From Nanoarchaeota archaeon SCGC AAA011-D5 (lineage in GTDB: Archaea; Nanobdellota; Nanobdellia; Pacearchaeales; GW2011-AR1), in contig ASMP01000001.1 in the NCBI GenBank assembly GCA_000405225.1, positions 892-64,891 on the forward strand: 64,000 bases of DNA. The letters run 5' to 3'. Positions 18,687 to 29,800 of this stretch are shown piece by piece; the stretch's first letter is position 1, and every line of letters begins with the position of its first letter. The position numbers and the translations under genes are program-made. A model generated the notes under the pieces. It saw only the letters and a list, made by a program, of their open reading frames with translations. It did not search any database and had not been told where the DNA came from.

Positions 18687-18694
18687 TTTATAAA
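18687..18694 (-). promoter_or_regulatory. TATA-box-like TTTATAAA upstream of the sigma-4 domain gene
   Basis: Palindromic TTTATAAA 33-40 nt upstream of ATG 18654, followed by the Shine-Dalgarno-like GGAGTGAT (18659-18666). Confidence 0.35.
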
Positions 18695-18889
18695 GCTTAC
18701 CATTTTAGCTACTATAGAGTTACAATCAGAGTTTAACTATAGTGTAGAAATATCCTTCTTTTATCTTAATTATTTCAGAGAAAACAGCATCCTAGTTCGG
18801 CTCTCTTTTTCCAAGCTCTTCTAAATATATTCCTGCTATACTTCTGCATTTCAGGCAACCTAAGAATTAGCTAAATATAAAAAAGAAAA

Positions 18890-18961
18890 AGCCTGTGAGG
18901 GGAGTTGAACCCCTGACCTACGCATTACAAGTGCGCCGCTCTACCACTGAGCTACACAGGC
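18890..18961 (-). tRNA. tRNA-Thr (anticodon UGU)
   Basis: Cloverleaf: acceptor GCCTGTG/CACAGGC, D-arm GCTC-AGTGGTA-GAGC, anticodon stem GCGCA/TGCGT with loop CTTGTAA, T-arm AGGGG-TTCAACT-CCCCT. Confidence 0.9.
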
Positions 18962-19018
18962 ACATTTAAAATAGGTAAGAATCAGTTTAAAAGATTTCTT
19001 ATTTATGCTAACTGAATC

Positions 19019-20092
19019 TTAAAGACTTTTATAAGCATTCAGGAGAAGATCTTCTGTTTCTTCCCACCCTATGCAGGAGTCGGTTATAGAGGTGCCATAT
19101 CTTAGTTTTTTCGCATCAAAATTTGCAAGATTGTGGGGAATGAGTTGCCCGCCTTCATTTAAATTAGATTCAATCATTATCCCAATTATGTCATTATTGC
19201 CATTTTTTATCTGCTGGATGACATTCTCAAAAACCTTTGTCTGTTTTCTATGGTCTTTATTTGAATTTCCATGGCTGCAGTCAATCATTATTTTCGGAGA
19301 AAGTTGATGGGCCTTAAGCTGAAGCTGGGCTTTTCTGACATTATTTTCATCATAATTTTCTTTGTTTTCACTTCCCCTAAGAACAATGTGAGTATAAGAA
19401 TTTCCAGAAGTGTTCACAATGCAGGGAATTCCCAAATCATTTATTCCCAAGAATGAGTGTTTCTCTCTTGCAGACAATATAGCATTTACGGCAACCTGAA
19501 CGTTTCCTTCTGTGTTATTTTTGAATCCGACAGGCATTGAGAGCCCGGAAGCCAATTGCCTGTGCTGCGGTGATTCAACTGTTCTTGCACCTATTGCTGC
19601 CCAGGAAACGAGATCTGAATTATACTGTGGCGTAAATGTTTCCTGATATTCTGTAGCAGAAGGCAATCCGATTTCTGCATTACTTAGCAAAAACTCACGG
19701 GAAAGATGCAGTCCAAGATTTATGTTACTTGAGCCATTAAGATCTGGATCATAGATTAAACCTTTCCAGCCAATGCTTGTCCTAGGCTTTTCGAAATAAG
19801 TCCTCATCACGATTAAGAATTTGTCTGAAATTTTGCCTGACAACTCCCCAAGCCTTTTAGCATATTCTTTGGCTGATTCAATATTATGGATTGAACATGG
19901 TCCAACAATCACCATAATTCTGGAGTCTTTTCCGTCCAAGATATCTTCTATGCTCTTTCTTCCTTGAAGGACTGTTTTTCTTGCTTTGCTTGTTCTTGGG
20001 AGTCTTTCTCTTAATTCTTTAGGAGAAATCAAAGTTTTATATTCAAGAATACGTTGGTCCACTATTCCATTTGAATCAGTTGTTAAAGCCAT
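19019..20092 (-). CDS. aroG: 3-deoxy-7-phosphoheptulonate (DAHP) synthase, class I (AroG/F/H type)
   Basis: IVGPCSIH, KPRTSIGWKGLIYDP, GLSMPVGFKNNTEGN, IMIDCSHGNS motifs of bacterial class I-alpha DAHP synthase; 357 aa. Confidence 0.9.
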   Translation of the reverse strand: MALTTDSNGIVDQRILEYKTLISPKELRERLPRTSKARKTVLQGRKSIEDILDGKDSRIMVIVGPCSIHNIESAKEYAKRLGELSGKISDKFLIVMRTYFEKPRTSIGWKGLIYDPDLNGSSNINLGLHLSREFLLSNAEIGLPSATEYQETFTPQYNSDLVSWAAIGARTVESPQHRQLASGLSMPVGFKNNTEGNVQVAVNAILSAREKHSFLGINDLGIPCIVNTSGNSYTHIVLRGSENKENYDENNVRKAQLQLKAHQLSPKIMIDCSHGNSNKDHRKQTKVFENVIQQIKNGNNDIIGIMIESNLNEGGQLIPHNLANFDAKKLRYGTSITDSCIGWEETEDLLLNAYKSL

Positions 20093-20235
20093 TTTAAATT
20101 AAAAGAGATTTTAGAATTAATTAGCTTTGCTAATTATAATACCAAAAATAATTTTTTTTCTGAAATATCATGTTTGAGCTACAATATTGATATATTTAAG
20201 TTTTGTTATTATGGAATTTTTGTCTGAAGTATTTC

Positions 20236-20775
20236 TTATTTGAGCTCTTTCTCAACCTTGAAAACGCGGATTTCACAAAGGGATAAAGGATAAATCTTTT
20301 TCAGCTTAAGGCTTAAGGGCTTTTGTATTTTTCCCTGGATTAATTCCTCAAAGACTGTTCTTGTGTCCTTGCTTTTGAGATAGTTTATAATTTCTTCCCT
20401 GGCTTTTTCCCTGAGCGCTTTTCTTACAGCCCTTGAAACCTTTTTCCTTGTTATCAAAAAGAACTTTACCTTTACCCTTGAGTCTTTGGTATCTGCAGAA
20501 AAAGAATCCTCCACATAATTTGTCCCTTTCCTGATCATTCTTCTGAGAAAGTAAGGCAAAATTACAAACTCTTTTGGATAAGCAGAAGCCTTATCTCCCT
20601 CGACTTTTACCTCCATGTCTAGAAGAACGTTTTTTCCTCTGAGAAATCTCGTTAAATCGTATTTTATCGTTCTTCCATTCAGCTCATTGAGATTATATGC
20701 ATACAGTTGTGTTTCTTTTTTCAGAATTGGCATTTCCACGTCAAAAAACCTTTGTTTTCTTTTTGCCTCTGCCAT
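20236..20775 (-). CDS. rps3ae: 30S ribosomal protein eS1 (S3Ae)
   Basis: FFDVEMPILKK...GRTIKYDLTRFLRGKN...VKV pattern and ~180 aa size typical of archaeal S3Ae. Confidence 0.85.
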   Translation of the reverse strand: MAEAKRKQRFFDVEMPILKKETQLYAYNLNELNGRTIKYDLTRFLRGKNVLLDMEVKVEGDKASAYPKEFVILPYFLRRMIRKGTNYVEDSFSADTKDSRVKVKFFLITRKKVSRAVRKALREKAREEIINYLKSKDTRTVFEELIQGKIQKPLSLKLKKIYPLSLCEIRVFKVEKELK

Positions 20776-20785
20776 TTTTTTCTTT

Positions 20786-21103
20786 TTACTCCTGCATCAC
20801 TTTTCCAGCTCTTTTATTTCTGCGGCCCTGCCTGTATTTTGCTTTCCCGCATTTTTCACAGATATACATTATGTTTGTTTTTTTCGTAGTCTTGGATTTT
20901 CTCTTAAATTTTGAAACTGCGGGCTTAGAACCCCATTTGCCTTTATTCCCTATACCTCTTCCCAGTCCGCGGGCTCTTGCTCTTGCGATGCTTCCTCTGG
21001 TAAGAGTCCCCCTTTTCCCGCCTGCCCCGACTATTTTTACTTTCTGTCTGGTTTTTTCATTGCAGTATGGGCAGTACCTGTTAACTGTTTTCGGAATTTT
21101 CAT
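20786..21103 (-). CDS. rpl44e: 50S ribosomal protein eL42 (L44e)
   Basis: MKIPKTVNRYCPYCNEKTRQKV...CEKCGKA zinc-ribbon layout and basic composition of L44e; adjacent to rps3ae. Confidence 0.85.
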   Translation of the reverse strand: MKIPKTVNRYCPYCNEKTRQKVKIVGAGGKRGTLTRGSIARARARGLGRGIGNKGKWGSKPAVSKFKRKSKTTKKTNIMYICEKCGKAKYRQGRRNKRAGKVMQE

Positions 21104-21157
21104 GTTTGATAGAAATCAACAGGTTTTTTGGTTTTTAAAGGTTGTTGAAATTTGAAG

Positions 21158-21499
21158 TTATTTTGATATTAAAAACAGAATTCCAAGAATTGCAGTTCCT
21201 ATAAATGGAGGAATTCCAAGGTCCAATATTCCAACATTTAAAATGCCTATAAATATGCTTAATATCCCTAAAAATACCTTCTTTCCTTTGGCCCCCATTG
21301 AACTAGTTTCTACACTTCTCCCAGGTTCAGATCTAAATGTACTTTGAAAGCTTATTGAAGAAAGTATAATTATAATCCCCCATACAATCAAAAAAATTCC
21401 TAGGATTGAATCTGATATAGAAAAATCAGAATAGTTAAAAAATTTATTTGTAGAGAGAAATAGCAAGCCCAATCCAATTAAAATATTCAATAACCTCAT
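21158..21499 (-). CDS. hypothetical integral membrane protein
   Basis: Four hydrophobic helices. The ORF track extends to 21595, but that extension reads through tRNA-Val, so the internal ATG (MRLLNILIGLG) at 21499 is used. Confidence 0.4.
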   Translation of the reverse strand: MRLLNILIGLGLLFLSTNKFFNYSDFSISDSILGIFLIVWGIIIILSSISFQSTFRSEPGRSVETSSMGAKGKKVFLGILSIFIGILNVGILDLGIPPFIGTAILGILFLISK

Positions 21500-21538
21500 A
21501 ATTCTGCTTAATTCTTTTAACTTCTTAAATTTTATGTA

Positions 21539-21609
21539 TGGCCCTGCCCGGAATCGGACCGGGGCTTTGTCCACGTCAAGGACATGTTCTGCCATTAGAC
21601 TACAAGGCC
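21539..21609 (-). tRNA. tRNA-Val (anticodon GAC), with atypical D-stem and T-loop
   Basis: Acceptor GGCCTTG/CAGGGCC, anticodon stem TGTCC/GGACA with loop TTGACGT, T-arm CCCGG-TCCGATT-CCGGG. The T-loop has C where the near-universal U55 sits, and the D-stem needs a bulged A. Confidence 0.6.
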
Positions 21610-21648
21610 TTTAAAAAAGAAACTTATGAAAATATTTAAATATGATGC

Positions 21649-21903
21649 TTGCCAAATAAAAACATGAACGGCTATAGAAGGGGTGGCGGAATTACTTGGT
21701 TACTTTTAATTCTTTATCTGGTTTTTGGACTTTATTTCATCAATTATGCCCTAAATTATTTTATCGTTCCTCAGGCAATCAAAACAACACTAGACACCTA
21801 CAACAAATGGATAATTTTTGTTGGTGGAGTTTTGATAATAATTGGAGCCATAAACCACTTCAGACTTAGTAGATATATAAAAAGATATAGATCCGGATAT
21901 TAA
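21649..21903 (+). CDS. small membrane protein (two TM helices)
   Basis: 84-aa ORF; helices ITWLLLILYLVFGLYFI and WIIFVGGVLIIIGAI; basic C-terminus. Confidence 0.4.
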   Translation: MPNKNMNGYRRGGGITWLLLILYLVFGLYFINYALNYFIVPQAIKTTLDTYNKWIIFVGGVLIIIGAINHFRLSRYIKRYRSGY

Positions 21904-21957
21904 CAATTTTCTTTTTGCCTTGATAAAATTTATATACGTAATTCCCATCTTTCCTTT

Positions 21958-23823
21958 ATGCTTGAAAAGAGGGGCAAAAGAGGGACTCTGCCCATGGTGA
22001 GACAGATTAGAGGTCAGCTGAGCATTTTTATAATAATCGCGATTGTTGTCGTTGCCCTGATTTTTGGATACTTTTTTTTGAGGGGAACTATTTCTGTGCG
22101 CGGAATACCTGGAAGCATACAACCTGCATATACTGGTTTTTTGTCATGTCTGGAAGAGGACACGAACTCAGGAATATCTGTCTTGGAGAGCCAGGGGGGA
22201 TATATAGATCTCCCTGAGTTTGAGCCAGGCTCTGAATATATGCCTTTTTCATCACAACTGAATTTTGCAGGAAGTCCTGTTCCTTATTGGTATTATGTCT
22301 CGGGAAACAATATCCAGAAGGAGCAAGTTCCCACAAAAGGCGACATGGAAGACCAGCTTGAAAGTTTTATAGAAGAAAGGCTGAGAGACTGTAACCTGAG
22401 AAGTTACCATGATGAAGGGTTTGCAATCAGCATGCCAGATAAACCAAAGGCAGATGTGAACATAAAAGATGGTGAAGTGGAAGTGAATCTGAAACTGGAT
22501 CTTACAATAGAAAAAGAAAATGATACGGCATTGATAAGAAACCACAAAATATCGCAGCCGTCAAAACTCGGAAAGCTTTACGATTCTGCAAAAACAGTCT
22601 ATGACGAAGAACAGAAAAATCTTTTTTTAGAAAGATATGCTATTGACATCTTAAGGCTGTATGCTCCTGTAGATGGAGTAGAGATTACATGCGCTCCCCT
22701 TGTGTGGGATGCCGAAGAGGTTTTTGATGGCTTACAGGAAGCTATAGAAATAAATACTGCCGCACTAAAAAACAAAGGAAGCCGGGAAGATTATTTTGCA
22801 TTGAATTTCCCGGTAGATGAAGAAGTTCGTTTTTTGAATTCTAAAGACTGGCCAAACGGCTTTGAGATTTCTCCCGCAGACGGCAGGATTTTAATTTCCA
22901 GCCCTGTTGGAAATCAGCCAGGAATAGGATCTCTTGGATTTTGCTATGTTCCTTACCATTTCGTTTATAACATGAGATATCCTGTAATGATTCAAGCTTA
23001 TGATGGAGAGGAGATTTTCCAGTTCCCTGTTGCAGTTGTCATACAGGGAAACAATCCGCGGGAGTTCCTTAACGCTAGTGCTTCTGAAGATATTGTTCCA
23101 GAGCTCTGCAAATATAAAAATACAGAAGTCCAGATAAACACCTATGACACTTCTTTAAGGCCAGTGGATGCACAAATTTCCTACGAATGTTTCGGAAATA
23201 AGTGTGATATTGGAACCACAGAATCTGGAAAAATGACAGAGAATTTCCCACAGTGTGTAAATGGGTTTGTTTCTGCAAAAGCCCCTGGCTTCAAGGATAC
23301 CAGGTACTTATTTTCGACAGTGCAGCCGGGTTCTTTAGACATAATTCTTGACAGAGTCTATGAAACAGATATTGAACTGCTGCTTGATGGAAAGCCTTAC
23401 ACAGGAGAGGCTGTGATTACCTTTTCATCGGGTTATGCAACAGAAACCATCATTTATCCTAACCAGAAAACAGTAAAACTCGGAGAAGGGCAACATGAAA
23501 TTCAGGTCCAGATATTTAGAAATTCTTCAATAACAATAGGAGCAACAACGAAAGAACAGTGTATTGAAGTCCCAAGAGGAATTTTAGGAGTTTTCGGTTT
23601 GACAGAGGAAAGGTGTTTTGATATTCAGATACCGGGACAGGTGATTTCAAATGCGCTTTCAGGCGGCGGAAAGCAATCTCTTTATGTTCTCGAGTCTGAA
23701 CTGATAAAGGGAAATGCGCTTGAGATAAATGCGAGAAGCCTTCCTATTCCCAAGACGATAGAACAGGTCCAGGATAACTATCAATTGTTTGAGCAAAATC
23801 CGCTGGAGGCTGAGTTTAAGTAA
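21958..23823 (+). CDS. membrane-anchored extracellular protein with class III (prepilin-like) signal-like N-terminus; function unknown
   Basis: 621-aa ORF; the internal Met at 21994 gives MVRQIRGQ-LSIFIIIAIVVVALIFGYFF; the rest is soluble and Cys-containing with no family recognised; 5 nt upstream of the giant gene. Confidence 0.6.
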   Translation: MLEKRGKRGTLPMVRQIRGQLSIFIIIAIVVVALIFGYFFLRGTISVRGIPGSIQPAYTGFLSCLEEDTNSGISVLESQGGYIDLPEFEPGSEYMPFSSQLNFAGSPVPYWYYVSGNNIQKEQVPTKGDMEDQLESFIEERLRDCNLRSYHDEGFAISMPDKPKADVNIKDGEVEVNLKLDLTIEKENDTALIRNHKISQPSKLGKLYDSAKTVYDEEQKNLFLERYAIDILRLYAPVDGVEITCAPLVWDAEEVFDGLQEAIEINTAALKNKGSREDYFALNFPVDEEVRFLNSKDWPNGFEISPADGRILISSPVGNQPGIGSLGFCYVPYHFVYNMRYPVMIQAYDGEEIFQFPVAVVIQGNNPREFLNASASEDIVPELCKYKNTEVQINTYDTSLRPVDAQISYECFGNKCDIGTTESGKMTENFPQCVNGFVSAKAPGFKDTRYLFSTVQPGSLDIILDRVYETDIELLLDGKPYTGEAVITFSSGYATETIIYPNQKTVKLGEGQHEIQVQIFRNSSITIGATTKEQCIEVPRGILGVFGLTEERCFDIQIPGQVISNALSGGGKQSLYVLESELIKGNALEINARSLPIPKTIEQVQDNYQLFEQNPLEAEFK

Positions 23824-23828
23824 ATAAA

Positions 23829-26800
23829 ATGCCAGAAGAAAAAAATATTTTGACGGGAAAAAAGTATATGTTAGTAAGAAAACGCGGTAAGTATCTTAAA
23901 AGAAATTCAGTTAAAAGCTTAATTAACATAAGATTTATCCTTTTAATATCTATTTTTTTGGCTTTAACATTATTTTTTGTTTCATCTTTACCCATAACAA
24001 CTGCAGCATCTTCTTATGTAAGGAGTTCTCCTGCATATACTTTTGGGCATCAAACAGCCCCTTTCATAGGAGGACAGCAGTTCCCTTTATTTGACAGGAG
24101 CCAATGCCAGGCAGGCCAGGATTTCATTCTTCAGGTTGATCCTTTAGGATGCACACCATCTGTTATCAGAAGCGACTTGCTGGAAGATCAGGAAGTCGTT
24201 GTTTTCTGTCCAATATCTGCAACACAGCTGAACCCTTTGATTAAAATCAAAGACATAGACTATATGATTATAACTCCAAAAGATCTTCCCCGCGAGGTTT
24301 TGACAGTTGGCTATTATCCTGCAAGGGCTGCACTTGGAAAATGGGATCCTGACATTAAAACCCCAATTCTTGGAAATATAGGATATGCAACAATTGTTCT
24401 TAGAAGACAGCCTAACGAGTCTGCTATGCCTGATTTTGTCCAAGGAAATCTGACGGCAAAGCTGGTTTATGACATAGACAATGCATTTGGAACAGGAAGA
24501 GCTGTCTATTACCTAAGGCAAATGAGTGACGAAGAATGGAACAGGGGTTATACTGCTTATGGCTTCTGGGATGGAAGAGGATATTTGCGATTAGAAGGAG
24601 CAGACAACACAGGAGCGACGATAGGAGTTTATTCTGACAGAGACCAGACAGGAAACGCAAGGCTTGGAGAAAAAACAAAAATAGCCAACCTTGATCTGGA
24701 AAAAGGAAAAACATCGAGAGAAGTATTTCTTCCAGGATTCAATTACTGCATGGGTGGAATTGAAGTAAAACTAGAAGATTTTGAAAATCCGGACACAAGG
24801 GCAAGGCTAAGAGTTGATTCTGAGGTTATTGAAATGAAAACAGGAGAGAAATTCCTGGAAAACAAGTGCCTTGTAAAAAGCATATCAAAGCAAGGAATAA
24901 ATCAGAAAGTCGAGGTCTCTTGCCAGGAAGACGAAAGAAGAAACCCTTTCCTCTTAAGAATAAGCCCTAAAGTCAGCCTTTCTATAAATGGGGAAGCTAA
25001 AGAATACGGTGCTGGAGATTTATTGTATGATGACAAAGATAATTCCTATTACTTGGGATTTGTGGGAAGCAGCGGACAAACAAACTCTCTGGGAGAAGTA
25101 TATATAAGAATTATTTCAATACCAAAATCCAGAGGAGGAATAAGAACGAGCTTAAGCGAAAGCGATCTTTCTTTTGTTGCCAGTTATGACAAAAAAGTTT
25201 CTGGAAAAAACACAAAAGGAAGCGTTATTGAGGAAACTAAAGAATTTTTTGAAGGCATTGTGGCACAATTATCGCTTGTAGAAAATAAATTCTTCCGGGG
25301 AGCAGACCTAAAGACATTGACATATTCTGATTCGGAAAAACAGATTTTTGGAAAAACCCTTTCCATAAAAGGATATTCCGGAGCACCAGATACAGACATT
25401 TCCCAGATGCCTAAAGAAGTCAGGGAAAATTATGAAAATGCGATGAAAGATTATCTAGCAATAAAAGAGAGCTTCTCGGGAGACAGGTATCCTCCAAATG
25501 ATATAAGGACTCTTGGGGAGCAGGCTCTTACAGAAACTATAAGGCTTGCAAAAAGTCTTGAGCAGAGAAGTACGATATTACAACTTTGCAGAGAATTTTC
25601 TGAAACTTACGGTTCAGCTCCGCCAGAAATATCAACGATATGCGATAATGGATATCTTTTATCAAACACACAGACTTCTGAAAGAAGCGTAGTTATCAAC
25701 GGAAAAACACATATACTTGCCTTTGAAGGAGTAAGGGAGCCAAGCTTTGATGAATTTGGTCTTGAGATTATTGTGGCTTCTTCTGAAGGGCCAGGGGAAT
25801 ATGACCTTTCAAAAGGCGAGAGGGTTTATATCAACAGCACATCTAATGAGTATATACAACTGATAAATCTGGAGGAAGATTCTGCAATTCTTGTTACAGG
25901 CCTTTTAGGAAGAAATATAAGAACATCACAAAGGCTGAAAATTGGAACCGAAGAAACATTTGAGAGCAGGTACAGCTTTAGAATAAAGGAAATACATCTT
26001 CAAAAAGTTGCAAAGGTTTCCCTAAATCCAAAAATTGATTATGCCAGGACAAATGCGACAATCAACTTCAAAATTGGAATAGAAAAAAGAGCAATACAAT
26101 TAAGCCCTGAAAAAACAAAGGAAAGAATACAAACCCTGAACAAAACCATTGAAAAATGGACAAAAATAAATGATGGTTTGGGAAAAGTCGTCAAGGCCGG
26201 AAAGGCAGCATGTCTTGCGACAGCAGGAGCTTTAACAATAAAGAACTTCTTCTCGAATCTTGGAGGAAAAGGAATTGCAAGGCAAACAGTGATGAAAGCT
26301 CCAGGCACAGGATGGTATGACAAGTGCCAGAAAGATGTAAAGGATGTCAAATACGAATCTGTGGAAGCCTGTCTTTTGGCAAATTCTGATTCAATAGAAT
26401 CCTCTGTCAATTCATATGCCGATGCAATGAAAAAACAGAATGATGAAATAAAAAAACTTGAAGAAGGAATTTCCGATACAAGATTCCTTGGAGAAAAGGT
26501 TGTTAATACAGATGCGCTTGCTCAAAAACTCATGAATGACCCTGCTTTTATATCAGATATAAATTCCTGCAAAAATGATATTCAGATAGTTGTTGGTGGA
26601 AAAACTATAAGCGCTGTTGATGTTTATCCCATTAATCCAAACACAACAACGATCAGCCAGGCAAGAGCTCTGCAGTTAAATTGCAGGCTTCTTTCTTCAA
26701 GTGATACTGATGTACAAGCAATAGCAAAAAGTAATGTTGAAAAAACCTTTGGAGAGATTTATTCAAACTCAAGAACAGAGGCAACAAGGCTGACCTTTAA

Positions 26801-29800
26801 CTCACAATATGGAATCTCCCCAATAGTTGGCTCTACAAAAAAGCTTAAAGAATTTCCTCTTACAGATGTAAAAACCTTTGGCCAGGTAAAAAGCAAATTC
26901 AGTGGTGCAACAATTTCTGATGATACATATGTAACTACTTTTATCGACCAGACAGATGGCAAACAATATCTTATCACATTGACAAATGAATATGTTGTAA
27001 GCCAGACTTATCTCATAGGATCTGGCGGTGTTCTTAGTGTTGCAAATTCAAACAATGTAAACCATCTGGGAATAGGATTTAAAAAATACGATTCAGCAAC
27101 TTACAGCAATACATACATAAGTCCCAAAGTTAGATATTATGAGACAGATCCTTATCAAGGATTCCCTTCTGTGGTTCCTTTTGATACAAAGAATGGATGG
27201 TATGCTGCAGTAAAATCCAATGTGCCTGCGCTTGGAGGACTGAAAGCTTACGATGATTCTGGCAGAGTTTCCAGTTTCTATGTCTGCAATGTCGGACCAA
27301 ATGGCAGAGAGGAAAATATTGGAGGAGATGATATCTGCAGAGGATTCTATCCTGGAGCACAGCAGCCTCCAGATTTTCCCGGCTTAACAGAGCAGGAATC
27401 AAGAACTAAGATGGAGCAGGCTCAGAGGGCAATACAGCAAGCCCAGAACGAATACAAGGATGGAGTTAAAGAAGTAACAATAACTGCCGGTGGTCAAAGT
27501 CAAAGAATTAAAGTTGGAGAGCCTGCGGCAAATATTCCAGGAATACAATGCGAAGACTTTATGTCTCCTTCTGATTGCAATATTATGTTCAATGTTTGCG
27601 ATCCTTTCGTCTGTCCTTCTAGCAGATGTGATCTTGGAGGAGCATATCCTGTCAAAGATGTCATACAATCGGGAATAGCTGGAAGCATTGCACTCTGCCT
27701 TCCAAACTGGCCGGAAATTAAAGTTCCTATCTGTGTTTCAGGAGTGCATGCAGGACTTGAAGGATACAAAAGTGTTCTTAGCTCTTACCAACAGTGTTTG
27801 CAAACCAGCCTAGATACAGGACAGACAGTTGGAATCTGCGATGAACTGAACAGCATTTACATGTGTGACTTTTTCTGGAGACAAGGACTTCCTTTGATAA
27901 AATATGCGATACCTAAGGTAGTGGGAAGCGTTCTCGGACAAAACGTTAGAGGAGGAGGAGAATATCTTGGAGTTGCAGATGCCGCGTCTAATGCACAGAA
28001 GTCAATAGATTATTTCAGCCAGTATTATGCCGCGAATTCTTTTGCAGCTTTCAAGGCAAGATCTTTGGAAAGTGTGGGAACAGATATCTGCAGGAACTGG
28101 GTTTCACTCACAGGGCCAAAGGGAAATCTTTTTGACGCTTTAATATCTCCGGATTCACCGCCGCAGTTTTATGGAAGATTTGAGGAAATTCCTTACACTA
28201 CTGCAACAAATCCACCTGCGTCTCAGTACAAAGTGTTCTATCATATTTATGCCGGAAAAGATCTGCCTGCTTATTATCAAGTATATCTTCGAGGAACAGG
28301 CGGTTCCTTTTACCAGGACACTGCATTCAGGCGCCCAGTCGCATCAGGATTCATAAAAACAGGAGATTTCAAATCAGAAACTATAGATTTCAATGCTCCG
28401 TCGGGATACAAAGAGCTGTGCATAGTCGTAAACAACCAAGAACAGTGCGGCTTTAAACAGGTAACAACTGATTTCGGAGTGAATTATCTCTCTGAAAAAT
28501 ATGTTCAACAGCAGGCTTCCCAGAAAGACATAAAGTCAGAAGCAGAATGCGTTTCCGGAAATCCTAGCGCTTTCAGTTTCCTGAATCCCAATCTGCAGGC
28601 AGGTGCAGAAGAGGCATTGAATCCAGCAATATACAATAGAGGAATAACAAGAGTTTGCTCTACAGAGAATCCCGGAAAAACCAGTGACCCTCTGATGAAT
28701 ACGAAAAATCAGAGATGGAAAGATGTTGGAAACTGCGGGAGTGCAAACTTGAAGTGCTGGCTTGATACGGACAGTGTTAATAAGGTTATCAAAAATGCAA
28801 ATATACTGAACGAGACACTTGGAGTAATTGGAGATAGAGAAAAGCAAATCATAGATGCGTTGACGAAAGAAGGAAAGTACCTTGATAATTTTGATTCTTT
28901 CCAGAAAGAACTGGAAGGTCTTCAAGATTCAGAAATTATTTCGAAGATAAATGAAAACATCGGCAGGGTTTACAGAAACAACCAGAAAGGTTACCTTTAT
29001 TTTAAAAGAGGAAATGCCTATGGAAATCAGGCTCGTTTAACATACAGAATTCTCCTAGACACACAGAACTTACCTATAACACAAAGAGATTCAGAACCTT
29101 TAAATCCTATAGAAGAGCCAACAGAAACTCCTGAACAACCAAAAACAGGAGAAGAACCAACAGAAGCAGCAAGATGTGAAAAAGAATGTGGAGTTGTTTG
29201 TAGTAAGACAGAATGTGAATCTTTAGGATGTACTTTTGTTCCAGATCCAGTATTTAACAAAATATTTCCTCTTATTTTTAATAACTGTATACCAAAAGAA
29301 CAACCAACAGAACCAACGACAGAAGCAATAACACAATTCAAGAAGACCTTGGGAGAAAAGATAATCAAACTTGCGAAAGAGAAAGAACAGGAAAGAACAG
29401 ATCCCGACTACTCTACAGTACAAGCAGACACTGGAGCAAAATCTTTTGAATGCCTGGCTTTGCAGGTTGCTTTGATAGAAAGTAGCATTAGGCAATGTAA
29501 GAAAACACCCGCAAATGGAAACAACCCTCTTTACTGTGAGGGAGATAGCAGTGAAACAATCTCTGGTGATGCCTTTAAAACTGGTGGAGATTCTGGAAGC
29601 AGAGGAATCATGCAGATAAATACAGCATTTAAGAGGAAAGACAATGGTCAAAGTGTAGGACATTGTGGGAGTTACGATCTTTCATCCAACCGTGAAGAAT
29701 GCAGGACACAACTTTCATATTTTGAGACTAATGTGAATACTGGACTTAATCTTTTAATTGAAGGATATGATAAAGATGAAAAAAGCTTTGATTGTAATGG

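Noticed and set aside
17500-19018. Integrated mobile element at the 3-prime end of tRNA-Thr carrying the sigma-4 gene
   Set aside because: I found no integrase, no transposase, and no direct repeat of the tRNA-Thr 3-prime segment in 17500-17760 or nearby. I keep it only as a patch of probable foreign origin, not as a defined mobile element.
20615-21155. 99-, 152- and 60-aa plus-strand ORFs across the rps3ae-rpl44e region
   Set aside because: They are antisense to two ribosomal protein genes with clear signatures, and their translations are Phe/Leu-rich.
21500-21595. N-terminal 32 codons of the ORF-track entry 21158..21595
   Set aside because: This extension is translated straight through the tRNA-Val gene (MAEHVLDVDKAPVRFRAGP...). 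The internal ATG at 21499 starts the hydrophobic protein proper.
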